Source: a virus. Taken from it: 42,830 bases of DNA. Location: positions 1-42,830 of IMG/VR virus record IMGVR_UViG_3300009285_000023. One strand, written 5' to 3'. Of the stretch, positions 17,461-27,052 are shown piece after piece (positions within the stretch are counted from its first letter, which is position 1; each line of letters begins with the position of its first letter). The position numbers and the translations under genes were made by a program. The notes below the pieces were generated by a model, which worked only from the letters and a program-made list of their open reading frames with translations, did not search any database and was not told where the DNA came from.

Positions 17461-18031
17461 CCCTGTCGGGATGGCTGGGTCATTTCTGCCCAACTCTGCA
17501 TATTCCTATGCAGCTCAGACTATAGCTTCACCCGCAAACATTAATTGCGGGGTCTCTCGCTTAGTCGTTACACGCGCTCTATGCTGCTCTAAAGTCATTA
17601 AGAGTTCTTCGCATTTCTGCTTTTTCTCACCAGCCATGAAGGGGGCAATGAGTGGTAATAGATATCGTAGGTCATCTATTCGCTTCAACGATATCACATA
17701 ACAGGGTTTAGTCCATCTAAAAGACTGTGGATACCGCTTGATGCTGGCAGTTTTACGAACTCTACTGTATTTGAGCTTTAGTGTATCGTATATTTCGCAT
17801 ACTCTATCGAGTAATCTTTCGTCAGAGTTTACAATTAAGATACCCCTATTGTAGTTGTACTGGCCGTTTCCTGGACGTAATTTCTTAGCGTAGTTCGCGA
17901 TGGAACCTTCGCCCTCAATTATCCCAGCAAGCCAGGCTAGAGCTTCGCTCGGTGTTGTCCCATACTTTTCAGCTGTAGGAGTTCCACCGAATTCAGAGAG
18001 ATATTTTTTCACAGAGATTACTCCCTGCGTA
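17461..18031 (-). mobile_element. Intervening sequence in the capsid gene (putative self-splicing intron carrying a homing endonuclease)
   Basis: It separates a 31-nt ATG-initiated exon with a strong RBS from the capsid body. ACAGGG is present at both boundaries, and joining the exons restores the frame. Confidence 0.5.
17515..18012 (-). CDS. LAGLIDADG homing endonuclease (single-motif, 165 aa)
   Basis: LAGIIEGEGS motif about 28 aa from the N-terminus. Size is typical of homodimeric LAGLIDADG enzymes. GTG start. Confidence 0.75.
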   Translation of the reverse strand: MKKYLSEFGGTPTAEKYGTTPSEALAWLAGIIEGEGSIANYAKKLRPGNGQYNYNRGILIVNSDERLLDRVCEIYDTLKLKYSRVRKTASIKRYPQSFRWTKPCYVISLKRIDDLRYLLPLIAPFMAGEKKQKCEELLMTLEQHRARVTTKRETPQLMFAGEAIV

Positions 18032-18062
18032 CCCTGTTGGCCAAGGTATAGGTAATAGCCAT
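18032..18062 (-). CDS. Major capsid protein, proposed exon 1 (MAITYTLANR)
   Basis: AGAAAGGATTACC-ATG lies 44 nt after the scaffold stop. If unspliced, the frame stops after 14 codons. Confidence 0.5.
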
Positions 18063-18106
18063 GGTAATCCTTTCTAAATTCTAGTTAAAGAATTTTATTT
18101 AAGTTG

Positions 18107-18868
18107 TTATTTCTCGCTACCGAATAATGCGGTTTTGAGGATTTCCCTTTGAGCTTTTTCCGCAACGATTGGGTTGGGGTCAGCTATCTGGGACAGTAGT
18201 TGGTCTTGTCCACTAGCCGGAACTGTCGAAGCAGTCTCAAGATGGGCGGATTGTTGAACCCGGACATTCTCGATGGTCTGCTTGACGCCTTCGGTCTTGG
18301 CGGCGCCAACTTTCTTGAAGAACTTATCGGCGACTTGAGCGGGGGTCGGGAATTTTACATCCTTCTGCCCTTTATCCAGAGCTTGCAAAACTTCTCCCAT
18401 ACGGGTGTTTTGAATCATGTCTCTAGTCTCATTATCGTTTTTAAGGTCAGGGTATTTTTCGAAGGCTTTATCCCAAAGCTGCTCTTCCTGACGCTGTTCA
18501 GCGACTTCTGCCCGAACTTGCGCTCTGGCAGCTTCGGCTATAGCAACATTATTTTGATTGATAGCTGTCGCCAGACTGTTGAGGTCTGTATAGCCGCTTT
18601 CGTCGACTGGTAGCTGAGTTAGGTCGAGCTGAGGTACCGGCGGTGCAGGCAGAGGTGTTGCCTCTTCCTCGGCTGGCGCCTCTTCTTCAGCTGGCACGAC
18701 TGGCGGTTCAGTCGGAGCCGGAGCTTCAACTGGCGCAGGCGCTTCAGCTGGTGGGTCATCTGGTACATTTGATTCATTTGGGGCCGGTGTTTCCGGCTCG
18801 CCGACTGCCGCATTAACTACGGCATCCAGCTTTGCCTGATTATCAGGCGATGGAGTATTATCATCCAT
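18107..18868 (-). CDS. Scaffolding protein
   Basis: Acidic Pro/Ala/Glu-rich N-terminus and a helical C-terminus. It lies between the portal and capsid genes. Confidence 0.6.
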   Translation of the reverse strand: MDDNTPSPDNQAKLDAVVNAAVGEPETPAPNESNVPDDPPAEAPAPVEAPAPTEPPVVPAEEEAPAEEEATPLPAPPVPQLDLTQLPVDESGYTDLNSLATAINQNNVAIAEAARAQVRAEVAEQRQEEQLWDKAFEKYPDLKNDNETRDMIQNTRMGEVLQALDKGQKDVKFPTPAQVADKFFKKVGAAKTEGVKQTIENVRVQQSAHLETASTVPASGQDQLLSQIADPNPIVAEKAQREILKTALFGSEK

Positions 18869-18938
18869 TATTTAACCTTTCATTTACGTTTGAGCCTTAA
18901 ATGGCTCCTTATAACGCTCCTTGAAGCACTATAAGCAG

Positions 18939-19148
18939 CTATCTAATCTTATGTAATTTCTTGGCCTCCTTTTCTGGTAAAAACCAGCCAACAGGACAAT
19001 CGAAGCAACCAACCTCTACGGCATCGCCGATTCTATCTGTCCCCCGTTTCAGTCTCAGATGACGGCACTTTGGGTCGTTCAGGGGACGTAGTTTGTCCTT
19101 CTCTATCATCTCGACTATCTCGCCGTCGTAATCTTCAGCCATTTTCAA
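18939..19148 (-). CDS. Hypothetical Cys-containing protein (69 aa)
   Basis: ORF in a co-directional string. Confidence 0.45.
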   Translation of the reverse strand: MKMAEDYDGEIVEMIEKDKLRPLNDPKCRHLRLKRGTDRIGDAVEVGCFDCPVGWFLPEKEAKKLHKIR

Positions 19149-19437
19149 ACTCCTTCAAGTCTTTAGCTTTTTGTCTGGCTCGGTCGGCGACCTCAGAAAA
19201 ACGATTAGGGGTTTCGACAATCATCTTCAGACCCATCACAATACCCCTAGCAATCCAGTCTTCTTTGTCGGTGGCGATTTCGCCATTCATTATCCGACGG
19301 ACATATTCTTCAATGGTCGGATTAATGACTGATTCGACATACCATTTCCACTCTTCGGTATTCATAAAAGCCTCAACCTTGCGCCCATCAGTTATCTCAC
19401 GTTCGTAGCGGGCTTTGATTTTGTCTAGTTCATTCAC
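19135..19437 (-). CDS. Hypothetical protein (100 aa)
   Basis: ORF overlapping the portal stop. Confidence 0.5.
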   Translation of the reverse strand: MNELDKIKARYEREITDGRKVEAFMNTEEWKWYVESVINPTIEEYVRRIMNGEIATDKEDWIARGIVMGLKMIVETPNRFSEVADRARQKAKDLKEFENG

Positions 19438-21434
19438 GACGTAACCTCCGGCGCTCTAGTGTAATTCGATACAGGGTTAGGTGGCGGGGGTAGAAAATCT
19501 AAGACCGAAGGGTCTAGGAAACCACTGTTAGCCAGCTCATTAGCCATAGACGAAGTTTCAGCGTCGACTTCTGGGTCGAGCGGTTCACCGGCTTGCGAGG
19601 GTTGAAAACCGGCCTCAGCTTCCATTTGTCGCTTAAGGTCAGGTGGAGCGGAGTCATATTTGATACCGAATCTCTCGGCTGGTGATTTGGGTGGTTTCTG
19701 TTTGGCTTGAGCCATCGTCGCTTGCATCTGTTGCATATTAGATTGAGCTTCTTCAGCGGGTAGCAAAAGTGAGTTGAAGTTCTGATAACCAAAGTCTTCA
19801 GCTAGGTTTTGAGCCATTTCCGTGAAGTTCAGCGGTAGTGGCGGAGTGCCAGCAGTCTGGCTCTGAACATCGGCCGCTTGTTTTAGTAGCAGTAGTTGTT
19901 GATTAAATGTCAATCGGTTAAGTCGCTTCTGGTCTTTGGTCATCGGTTGCATGGATGCTTCGTCGATAATTAACTGCATATCACCCTGTAGGTCAGCTGG
20001 AGAAACGGTCATCGGCATCATTTGCCCTCCCTGAGAAACCATAATTCGTTGGGGGGACTGCATGAACTGCTGGTTATTAGACAGCCACATCCGACCAATT
20101 TGCAAGATTGACTGAGAAAAGTTTTCCTTGAAGAAGGATATTACATCCCCAGCAGCTTCCTGTAATCGCATGATACCGGTAGCCGTGCCTTGAGTTTTAT
20201 CGGCCTGGGAATTTGGTACACCGCTGGCATACTGGGAAATCGTCACGCCTTCTACGGCTTGGTCTAAGAGAGTTAGGATAGTGCTAAGGTTATTAGGATT
20301 GGGGTCGGCGTGTTTAAACTGGGTTGGCGGTTGATTGCCCCGATAGCTGACCACCCCGCCTGGCTCAACCACATAGTCATTAACATTGCCGGATTCCGGC
20401 ACCATCAGCATAGAGTTTTCGGATAGATTCCACTGGTCAAAGAAGTGATTGAAGGCGTCGTTATAAGCCGCCTGTAGGCGATAGGTAATTTCGAACAATC
20501 CTTCTCCCCAAAACTGGTAGGGTTTTTTCTTAACGTGAAATTTGACCAGTGGAACTTTGCCGTGCCAGTAGGGGTTTTTTCGTTCAGACAGCAATATCCA
20601 GCCAGTGTCAGAGGCTTTATCGCCACTCTCGGCATAGGTGCAGATTTTCCCATTCTCATAACACTCATAAATACAGGCCATATCAACGGTTTTGTCGTTC
20701 TGTTCCTGTTCCGAGAGTAGGCGGTTTCGAGAGCGATTATAGTTATTGGGGTCGGCTGAAGTAGAACCGCTAACCTGAGAGAGATTCTGATAAAACGGCT
20801 TACCATTGAAATCCAGTCGGGCTTCCAATTCAGCCAGAGGTTTGTATTCTCTAATAATTACCCAGGGAGCTTTATATAGGTCGGTAGCTGAAGGACTGAC
20901 AAAGACATTGAAAATATTAACTGGTTCCAGTTCGTTATAACCAACCGTCTTAGTAAAAACAGTTTCTTTGGTTAAGTCGGCAGTGCCGTCTTCATCAACT
21001 TGACGTTCGTAGCGTTCTTTCTTCTCGACACACCACGGCACTTTAGCCATTCCTGTTCCACAAACTACGGCGTCCAGTAGCGGAGAAAATAATTTATCTC
21101 TAATACTTTCGCTGAAATCGGGATTATTATAATCATATTCTAATTTACGTTGGGCTTTTTCGGCTCTGAGTTGAGCATCCTCTTCAGCCTCTTCATCCAA
21201 AACACGGACTTCAAAGCCAGGCTTGAGGGTTAGGAACTTAGACACCAGGCTCCATGTCTGTCTGGCTAAAATCGGCAAATAAACCTGACTGCGCCACGGA
21301 GCGGCTTCGACGGACACGACCGAATAGAGCGCGTCATACCAATGGGTGTAACGCCTGAACATCTGTTCCTGATTGCCCGAAGCCGTGGAAAATCTTTTCT
21401 TCCACTGAGCCACAGGAGTTTTCTTATATGCCAC
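19434..21434 (-). CDS. Portal protein
   Basis: 666 aa, upstream of scaffold and capsid, with an acidic C-terminus. Called from size and synteny. Confidence 0.7.
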   Translation of the reverse strand: MAYKKTPVAQWKKRFSTASGNQEQMFRRYTHWYDALYSVVSVEAAPWRSQVYLPILARQTWSLVSKFLTLKPGFEVRVLDEEAEEDAQLRAEKAQRKLEYDYNNPDFSESIRDKLFSPLLDAVVCGTGMAKVPWCVEKKERYERQVDEDGTADLTKETVFTKTVGYNELEPVNIFNVFVSPSATDLYKAPWVIIREYKPLAELEARLDFNGKPFYQNLSQVSGSTSADPNNYNRSRNRLLSEQEQNDKTVDMACIYECYENGKICTYAESGDKASDTGWILLSERKNPYWHGKVPLVKFHVKKKPYQFWGEGLFEITYRLQAAYNDAFNHFFDQWNLSENSMLMVPESGNVNDYVVEPGGVVSYRGNQPPTQFKHADPNPNNLSTILTLLDQAVEGVTISQYASGVPNSQADKTQGTATGIMRLQEAAGDVISFFKENFSQSILQIGRMWLSNNQQFMQSPQRIMVSQGGQMMPMTVSPADLQGDMQLIIDEASMQPMTKDQKRLNRLTFNQQLLLLKQAADVQSQTAGTPPLPLNFTEMAQNLAEDFGYQNFNSLLLPAEEAQSNMQQMQATMAQAKQKPPKSPAERFGIKYDSAPPDLKRQMEAEAGFQPSQAGEPLDPEVDAETSSMANELANSGFLDPSVLDFLPPPPNPVSNYTRAPEVTS

Positions 21435-21501
21435 TAAGAAGACCTATAAAGCCATCTGCGGTTACATTTAGTTGTATGGTATCAATAAATAGGGGTTTTG
21501 T

Positions 21502-22515
21502 CTAACTGACACCCATGGTCATAAGTGGGTTGGTGGATGGAGCGTCGCCACCGGCTGCCGCCGTAGTATAGGTAATAACTAGTTTGGGGTCATTAGTGGT
21601 TCCAGCCTGGTCAGCAAAATAACACTTCCAATAAAAGAGGGTTCCTGATGCCCATGCGGGCGCCACAGCTCCTACGTCAAAGTTAGCGTTTCTAAGACTA
21701 AACTTAGAGATACTAGTGAGAGAGATAGCCGCTAGTCCCGAGGCATTTAACGCCCAATCAACATAGGCGCTTTCAGAGAGGTTGGCATGGGTTACGGCCG
21801 TGGAAAAAGCCGTAGTTCCTAAACTATCATAATCCCCGACCCCCAAAGCAGTGTTCGAGGCTGGAGCCGAGGAATACACGTTTGTAGTAGGAGCATTTGG
21901 AACGCCATCATATTTTTCAAATCCGAAGAACGATAGGGTTGCAGCAGATACAGTTGCCCCAGCTCCTAGTCCAGAAGTGTCGAATAGGGCTATTCCCCTC
22001 CTGAGTCTCGCAAACTGATTGGTAGTGACAGAACCCGATACCCAGATAATTGATACCCCTGTCTCGGTGTCGACAGCAGAATCACCGTCGGCGGCGGCTA
22101 TCATTGTAGCCCAGGTTTCATCCCTCCCGTCTCTCCCAACCCAACCATCTACCGATGTAGTTTCAGGGTTCGGGTCAGGATAAGCTGTGAGAGTAGCAAA
22201 ACCAAAACTCAGTCTCGGGGCATACCTATCGGCTATTGACCAGTCCCAGAAGTGAAATGTCCACCACAGAGGTTTAAAAGCGAAATATAATCTTTTACCA
22301 TATTTTTCATGGGTACGGAACTCCCAAGTATTTCCCCAACGGATAGCATGGGGCAGAATTTGGTCAATTCGATTATTCCCGACAGAGCTGCTGTCGGCAT
22401 GGATTCTCAGGATATACCGGAACCAGTAACAAGTTAGCCTATTGTTTAATAGCCAAAGCAGTTTGTTTTGGTGCTTTTCAAAAAAATCCTTATTTAACGC
22501 TCGATAATTATACAT
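21502..22515 (-). CDS. Hypothetical protein (337 aa) with a beta-rich C-terminal domain
   Basis: ORF overlapping the upstream repeat-protein gene. No confident family. Confidence 0.5.
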   Translation of the reverse strand: MYNYRALNKDFFEKHQNKLLWLLNNRLTCYWFRYILRIHADSSSVGNNRIDQILPHAIRWGNTWEFRTHEKYGKRLYFAFKPLWWTFHFWDWSIADRYAPRLSFGFATLTAYPDPNPETTSVDGWVGRDGRDETWATMIAAADGDSAVDTETGVSIIWVSGSVTTNQFARLRRGIALFDTSGLGAGATVSAATLSFFGFEKYDGVPNAPTTNVYSSAPASNTALGVGDYDSLGTTAFSTAVTHANLSESAYVDWALNASGLAAISLTSISKFSLRNANFDVGAVAPAWASGTLFYWKCYFADQAGTTNDPKLVITYTTAAAGGDAPSTNPLMTMGVS

Positions 22516-23521
22516 ATCGCACGAAACCGGTCAAACCGGTAGGGACAACTGACGCTCCATTGGTGTTGGTCGTAGCGGCTATTTTAATACCGGCGGTGTG
22601 TTTGATACCAACTTCCAGTGGCAAGACAAATCCGGCACCGTTAGCGGCGGTAGCACTCGATGGAAGCGGCAGAACGTAAGAAGGAATATTGACACCCAGC
22701 GTGACAGCAGAGCTTCCGGCCACATCAAAGACCTGTATGAAAACTGGAGTTGCATTCAGATTCAGGAACATCCCGCCACCGAATTTACCAGCTGCGGCCG
22801 ATACCGTAGCCTGCGAACCAAGTGAGAGGGCTGAAAAAACACTCCAGCCACCGGAGGCTAGAGCAGTGAGATTAACGTCATTGCCGATGCTCAGGGTACC
22901 GCTAGATACCGTGACGGCGTGAGAGTTTCCGACTGATACCGTTCCCGAAGATACACTAACTACTGGGCTATTCCCGACGCTTACAGTTCCGGCCGAAACC
23001 GTCGGTACGTTTCCGATAGAAATGGTTCCGGAAGTAATCGTACCAGAGATAGGTAGCGGCAGCGTTGCTTGTATGACCGTTGGATTGGAAGAAAGAGATA
23101 CAGGTAGTGGTAGGGTGGCTTGGGTATTAGTAACTACTCCCGATACCGTGACCGCCGGAATATTACCGACCGATACCGTGCCACTGGAAGTGACTGAACC
23201 TGAAATCGGAAGCGGTAAAGTAGCTTGAATAACTGTGGGATTAGTCGATAAAGCGACCGGTAGGGGAAGGGTTGAGGAGGTGGTTGTTACAATATTCCCT
23301 ACCGAAACTGTCCCAGCCGAAACTGTTGGCACATTCCCTACTGAAATAGTACCCGAGGTAATAACACCAGAGATAGGGAGAGGGAGAGTAGCTTGAGATA
23401 CCGGTATAGGGTTACCGGCGTCATTAGTAATTTCTAAAGCACTAGCAATGGTAACTGGTAAAGAACCAACAACCTTTACACGCTGTGTGTTGTCGACTGA
23501 ATCGTAACCGGGAGCGCCCAT
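22508..23521 (-). CDS. Ser/Thr/Val-rich tandem-repeat fibrous protein
   Basis: Three units of about 52-64 aa starting ATLPLPISG, with seven xGT[VIL]S[VI]GN sub-repeats. Confidence 0.6.
   Translation of the reverse strand: MGAPGYDSVDNTQRVKVVGSLPVTIASALEITNDAGNPIPVSQATLPLPISGVITSGTISVGNVPTVSAGTVSVGNIVTTTSSTLPLPVALSTNPTVIQATLPLPISGSVTSSGTVSVGNIPAVTVSGVVTNTQATLPLPVSLSSNPTVIQATLPLPISGTITSGTISIGNVPTVSAGTVSVGNSPVVSVSSGTVSVGNSHAVTVSSGTLSIGNDVNLTALASGGWSVFSALSLGSQATVSAAAGKFGGGMFLNLNATPVFIQVFDVAGSSAVTLGVNIPSYVLPLPSSATAANGAGFVLPLEVGIKHTAGIKIAATTNTNGASVVPTGLTGFVRYV
22877..23392 (-). repeat. Coding tandem repeats (about 3 units) within the fibrous protein gene
   Basis: Repeat boundaries derived from the translation (residues about 44-215). 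Confidence 0.8.
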
Positions 23522-23572
23522 AAAAAAATCCGCTTATGGTCATCTAGGGGGTTACATATGAAGTTAGGTCGA

Positions 23573-24484
23573 TTATATCACATTTTTAATTACTGCAAAC
23601 AATTTATCAGTGGATTCCTTAATAGTAGTAAAATGCTCCTGAAGCAATTTTTCTCTATAGTCATAACTATTAGTCAAGGCCTGGATTAGTCCGGCGGCAT
23701 AGTTTTCCTTTGTTAGAAAGAATCCATGTTTTACTGTTTCATAAAGCGCCATAGTTGGAATAATTACTGGGACGCAACCAGCCGCTTGAGCCTTCATTCC
23801 AGTGATACACTGAAGTTCTCCGCCATTGGCTGGGTGGCACCAAATGTCGCTCGTCCGATAAAGTTCGTTCATTGTATCTTCGTCAACTTCACCGAGAGCA
23901 GTAACGCCTGGCAGATTAGCGTGGCCGCCGTATGTTAAGACTAAATTTGCGTCTGGGTGAGCCTCATATACTCTAGGCCACGCCTCTAATAGTGTATCAA
24001 GTCCTCTGTCTGGTGAGGAAGCATAAAGACATTGTTTGGGAATTTTCATACCTGGGAAAATCTTTTTCGGGTCATAGCCATGAGGCACCACAAAAACATT
24101 CGGGTTATTGACTGGGATATTTTCCTTAGCCCAATTAGAGATGTGAATAACTGCTTTGTATCTGGATAGGTCTTTTTGGGAAGCGTCAACCTCATTAGTA
24201 TAATAAATTGTCGGCTCCAGGGGTTCTATCTCCGAGGATTTAATGTTTATACAAACATCACCACCTCCGTAATAATCACTCCGATAATCGAACCAAGCGC
24301 CGTTCTCGATACGAGTCACGGAGCGATAATCATCGAACCTGGAGTTTCTGTAAACATGAACATCGTGTCCTCTACCAGACAACTCTATCGCCCAATCACG
24401 GACACCCTCTTCAGTACCTCCCAGTCGAGTATCTGTGGGTTCCCAGCCATCGAAAACGGCATTAACAATGAAGTTAATTTTCAT
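23573..24484 (-). CDS. GT-B fold glycosyltransferase (GT4-like)
   Basis: N-terminal W.P...GGTEEG...GHDVHVY and C-terminal GGELQCITGMKAQAAGCVPVI. Paralogous to the split GT-B at 29086-30400. Confidence 0.7.
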   Translation of the reverse strand: MKINFIVNAVFDGWEPTDTRLGGTEEGVRDWAIELSGRGHDVHVYRNSRFDDYRSVTRIENGAWFDYRSDYYGGGDVCINIKSSEIEPLEPTIYYTNEVDASQKDLSRYKAVIHISNWAKENIPVNNPNVFVVPHGYDPKKIFPGMKIPKQCLYASSPDRGLDTLLEAWPRVYEAHPDANLVLTYGGHANLPGVTALGEVDEDTMNELYRTSDIWCHPANGGELQCITGMKAQAAGCVPVIIPTMALYETVKHGFFLTKENYAAGLIQALTNSYDYREKLLQEHFTTIKESTDKLFAVIKNVI

Positions 24485-24486
24485 AA

Positions 24487-25173
24487 TTACCAGATGGAAC
24501 CGTGTTTTTTCTTAAACTTAATTTTGGACTCTTCGTACTGAGTGTCTTCGGGGTCAACTAATTTATAGGTTGATTTGGGTTGGTGGGTAATAGCTAATTC
24601 ATAGTTCTTACCAACCCTAAAACCAGCGTCCTCGGCTCGTTTCTGGAAATCTAAGTCAGTGAAATAACCCCGACCCAAACCTTCGTCTAGGCCGCCTAGT
24701 TTATCGTAAACCGCTCGTTTGAAAGCAAAAATACTGCCAAACTTCTCACCTTCGCTTATCCGCTGGCTAGTAGTAACCCCAGCACCAGGTTCCACTGTTG
24801 GCAGGGATGAAATATCATATCCGTTGAGAAGAGGTTTTATTAATGCCGTCAACCATTTATCTGGGAACAGAAGGTCATTATTGCCAACAATTAAGATTGA
24901 CCCAGAAACGTCTTTTAAACCGGCGTTTACGGCTTTAGTGTAGCCCTGATTGCTGGGTAAGCGAATTATCTTGGCATTTACTAATTTAACAAAATAGTTA
25001 TCTTCACCCAAAGACAAGGGTGAACCATCGTCAACTATAATCACTTTATTCGGAGTCTCCTGAGACATCGACATTAGACAACGCTCAGTGGCTTCCAGCA
25101 ATTCGTTGTTAATTAAATAAATCGGTAAGATAAAACTTGTCCATTGTTTTGTCATACTAGCTCCTTTAACCAT
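24487..25173 (-). CDS. Family 2 glycosyltransferase
   Basis: SFILPIY...VIIVDDGSP...GYTKAVNAG motifs. Confidence 0.75.
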   Translation of the reverse strand: MVKGASMTKQWTSFILPIYLINNELLEATERCLMSMSQETPNKVIIVDDGSPLSLGEDNYFVKLVNAKIIRLPSNQGYTKAVNAGLKDVSGSILIVGNNDLLFPDKWLTALIKPLLNGYDISSLPTVEPGAGVTTSQRISEGEKFGSIFAFKRAVYDKLGGLDEGLGRGYFTDLDFQKRAEDAGFRVGKNYELAITHQPKSTYKLVDPEDTQYEESKIKFKKKHGSIW

Positions 25174-25916
25174 TTTATTACATCTAGCGTCGGGGTAGCG
25201 GATTTAGACTTGGTCGATTTCATCTCACCCACCTCTTCTGGTACAAACTTTATTTTATCACTTATGGTTCGAGCTACTTCTAGGGTAGTATGGTCAATAC
25301 CCGAACCCACCTCAAAAGTCCCCAGAGTATCTTTAAGTGCTAGGGTTTTTTTGACAGCATCCCCCACATAAATATAATCCCGTTTCATCGAGCCATCTCC
25401 CCTAACCGTTAGAGCCTCGCCACGGCTCCTTTGTTCTAACCAAACGGGGATGGCTAAGTCGGGTCTCATACGTTCGCCAAAGACATTGAAGTAGCGCAGA
25501 ATTGTATATTTTACCCCATAGTTGCGGTGGTAAAATTCAATATAGGCTTCACAGGCTTGTTTCTGAATACCGTATGGAATGTTTTGACCAACGGCCGAAG
25601 AAGAAGCAAAAATAAACCTCGCCCCAGTTTTGCGAGCTAAGTCTAGTAATCTAATAGTCCCCAGTACGTTGTTAATTTCGCTGGCTAGCGGGTCGGCATT
25701 GGCGTCAACTATACTAACTGTCGCCGCGAAATGAAAGATATAGTCTAGTCTCTCGTTAGTATTAGTAAAAAGAATATTTTTCCCCTCTTTGACGTCCCAA
25801 CCAATAGCATCTTCGAGGGTCTCCATTAGGTGCGAGCCAATAAAACCCCTATGGCCGGTTATCAGGCTTCGAGAGCGTGACGGAAAGATTTTCCGGGTAA
25901 TCACTGTACTTCTCAT
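25152..25916 (-). CDS. NAD-dependent sugar epimerase/dehydratase (extended SDR)
   Basis: ITGHRGFIGSHL (GxxGxxG) and PYGIQK (YxxxK). Start uncertain. Confidence 0.7.
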   Translation of the reverse strand: MRSTVITRKIFPSRSRSLITGHRGFIGSHLMETLEDAIGWDVKEGKNILFTNTNERLDYIFHFAATVSIVDANADPLASEINNVLGTIRLLDLARKTGARFIFASSSAVGQNIPYGIQKQACEAYIEFYHRNYGVKYTILRYFNVFGERMRPDLAIPVWLEQRSRGEALTVRGDGSMKRDYIYVGDAVKKTLALKDTLGTFEVGSGIDHTTLEVARTISDKIKFVPEEVGEMKSTKSKSATPTLDVIKWLKELV

Positions 25917-26367
25917 TGTTTACTTTCATTTTAAAACCTAGCGGTAGACAAATTTTTTCCAACCTAGCCCAATTCCAAGGGTTACGATGAATAGAAGCGG
26001 CGTTATTTTCCCAATCACTGTAGCGCTCTTTATCCCAAGGACGATAATACTCTCCAACAAGGTTATAAATCCATTTATCTAATAAGCCCTCTTTCAAGAT
26101 AGCTCGGCAAATATAATCTATGTCGGGAGTTTCTATAGTTGCTGTGCCACCAAATTTTAATACTCGGTATATTTCTTCAAACATTTGTTTGGACTTCCAA
26201 TAGGGTATGTGTTCAATCACCTGATGGGCTGTAATCTCCTTAACCGACTCGTTGTCGAATGGTAGTTCACAAATATCAGCTCTGACATCAGCCGCTTCAT
26301 CATACAAATCAACTGAGGTAAATCCAGGTATTATATGGTCTCCGCTACCTAAATCAAGCTTCAACAT
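25849..26367 (-). CDS. Class I SAM-dependent methyltransferase
   Basis: LKLDLGSGDH motif I. ATG 26367 is chosen because it overlaps the upstream stop by only 14 nt. Confidence 0.65.
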   Translation of the reverse strand: MLKLDLGSGDHIIPGFTSVDLYDEAADVRADICELPFDNESVKEITAHQVIEHIPYWKSKQMFEEIYRVLKFGGTATIETPDIDYICRAILKEGLLDKWIYNLVGEYYRPWDKERYSDWENNAASIHRNPWNWARLEKICLPLGFKMKVNNEKYSDYPENLSVTLSKPDNRP

Positions 26368-27052
26368 AGGCCGCTTCCCGTACTGAAGCTGTCGATGGAG
26401 AGAAACTCGGGACTCTAGCCACCAATAATCCACATTCAGTTGCCAAAATCTCCGTATCAGGGTACTTGGCGAACATATAGTCAACGAAATCAGCACACTC
26501 GCTCCGCCGGTCATTGACATTATCGGCTAGGATTAGGGCGCCAGGCACCAGTCTAGGTTCCAATAATTGAAAGTCCTTCAAGTAGGAGCCTTTGTCGTGG
26601 TCCATAAATACTAAATCCGGTTTAGGCACAGTCGTACGGATAGCACTCTCAGCCGTCCCATGAAATACGAAAGCTTCCAATCCAGCCTCATCTAAATTAG
26701 CTTGAGCTTCACTAGCCACATCAGTCTCAAACTCAACTGTTATTATCCGACTCTGGGAACTGCCTAGACCTAAATGCAAAGTAGAAAAACCGTAGGCCGT
26801 CCCCATTTCAAAGATTTGCCTAGGTTTGAGTAGTGCGGCGTAGGCTTGAAGGAGTGGTGCCGTGTCCTCTCTGACTGGGTTGCGACGGCTCTTATGTTCC
26901 GTGCTACCGCTGCCCTGGTATTCCTCTCCACCCTGACCCCTGATTCGTTCAATAACTGCTAAAATCCTGTACTGTCGTTCTGGGAACATATTTAAATCCA
27001 GCATTGGTTCTCCTTTTGGTTGATAAAATTCTTTGCTAAAATCAAGGCTCAT
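26354..27052 (-). CDS. Family 3-like O-methyltransferase
   Basis: IFEMGTAYGFSTLHL ... VFMDHDKGSYL ... ILADN pattern. Confidence 0.6.
   Translation of the reverse strand: MSLDFSKEFYQPKGEPMLDLNMFPERQYRILAVIERIRGQGGEEYQGSGSTEHKSRRNPVREDTAPLLQAYAALLKPRQIFEMGTAYGFSTLHLGLGSSQSRIITVEFETDVASEAQANLDEAGLEAFVFHGTAESAIRTTVPKPDLVFMDHDKGSYLKDFQLLEPRLVPGALILADNVNDRRSECADFVDYMFAKYPDTEILATECGLLVARVPSFSPSTASVREAAYVEA

Noticed and set aside
17515-18012. The LAGLIDADG ORF as an intein within the capsid protein
   Set aside because: The endonuclease is in a different reading frame from both capsid segments, and the capsid frame hits TAA after 14 codons. An in-frame protein-splicing element is therefore impossible.
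17461-18031. Translational bypassing (gene 60-like hop) between the identical ACAGGG take-off and landing sites
   Set aside because: Matched take-off and landing sequences are suggestive. However, a 571-nt hop containing a full translated ORF has no precedent, so RNA splicing is the simpler hypothesis.
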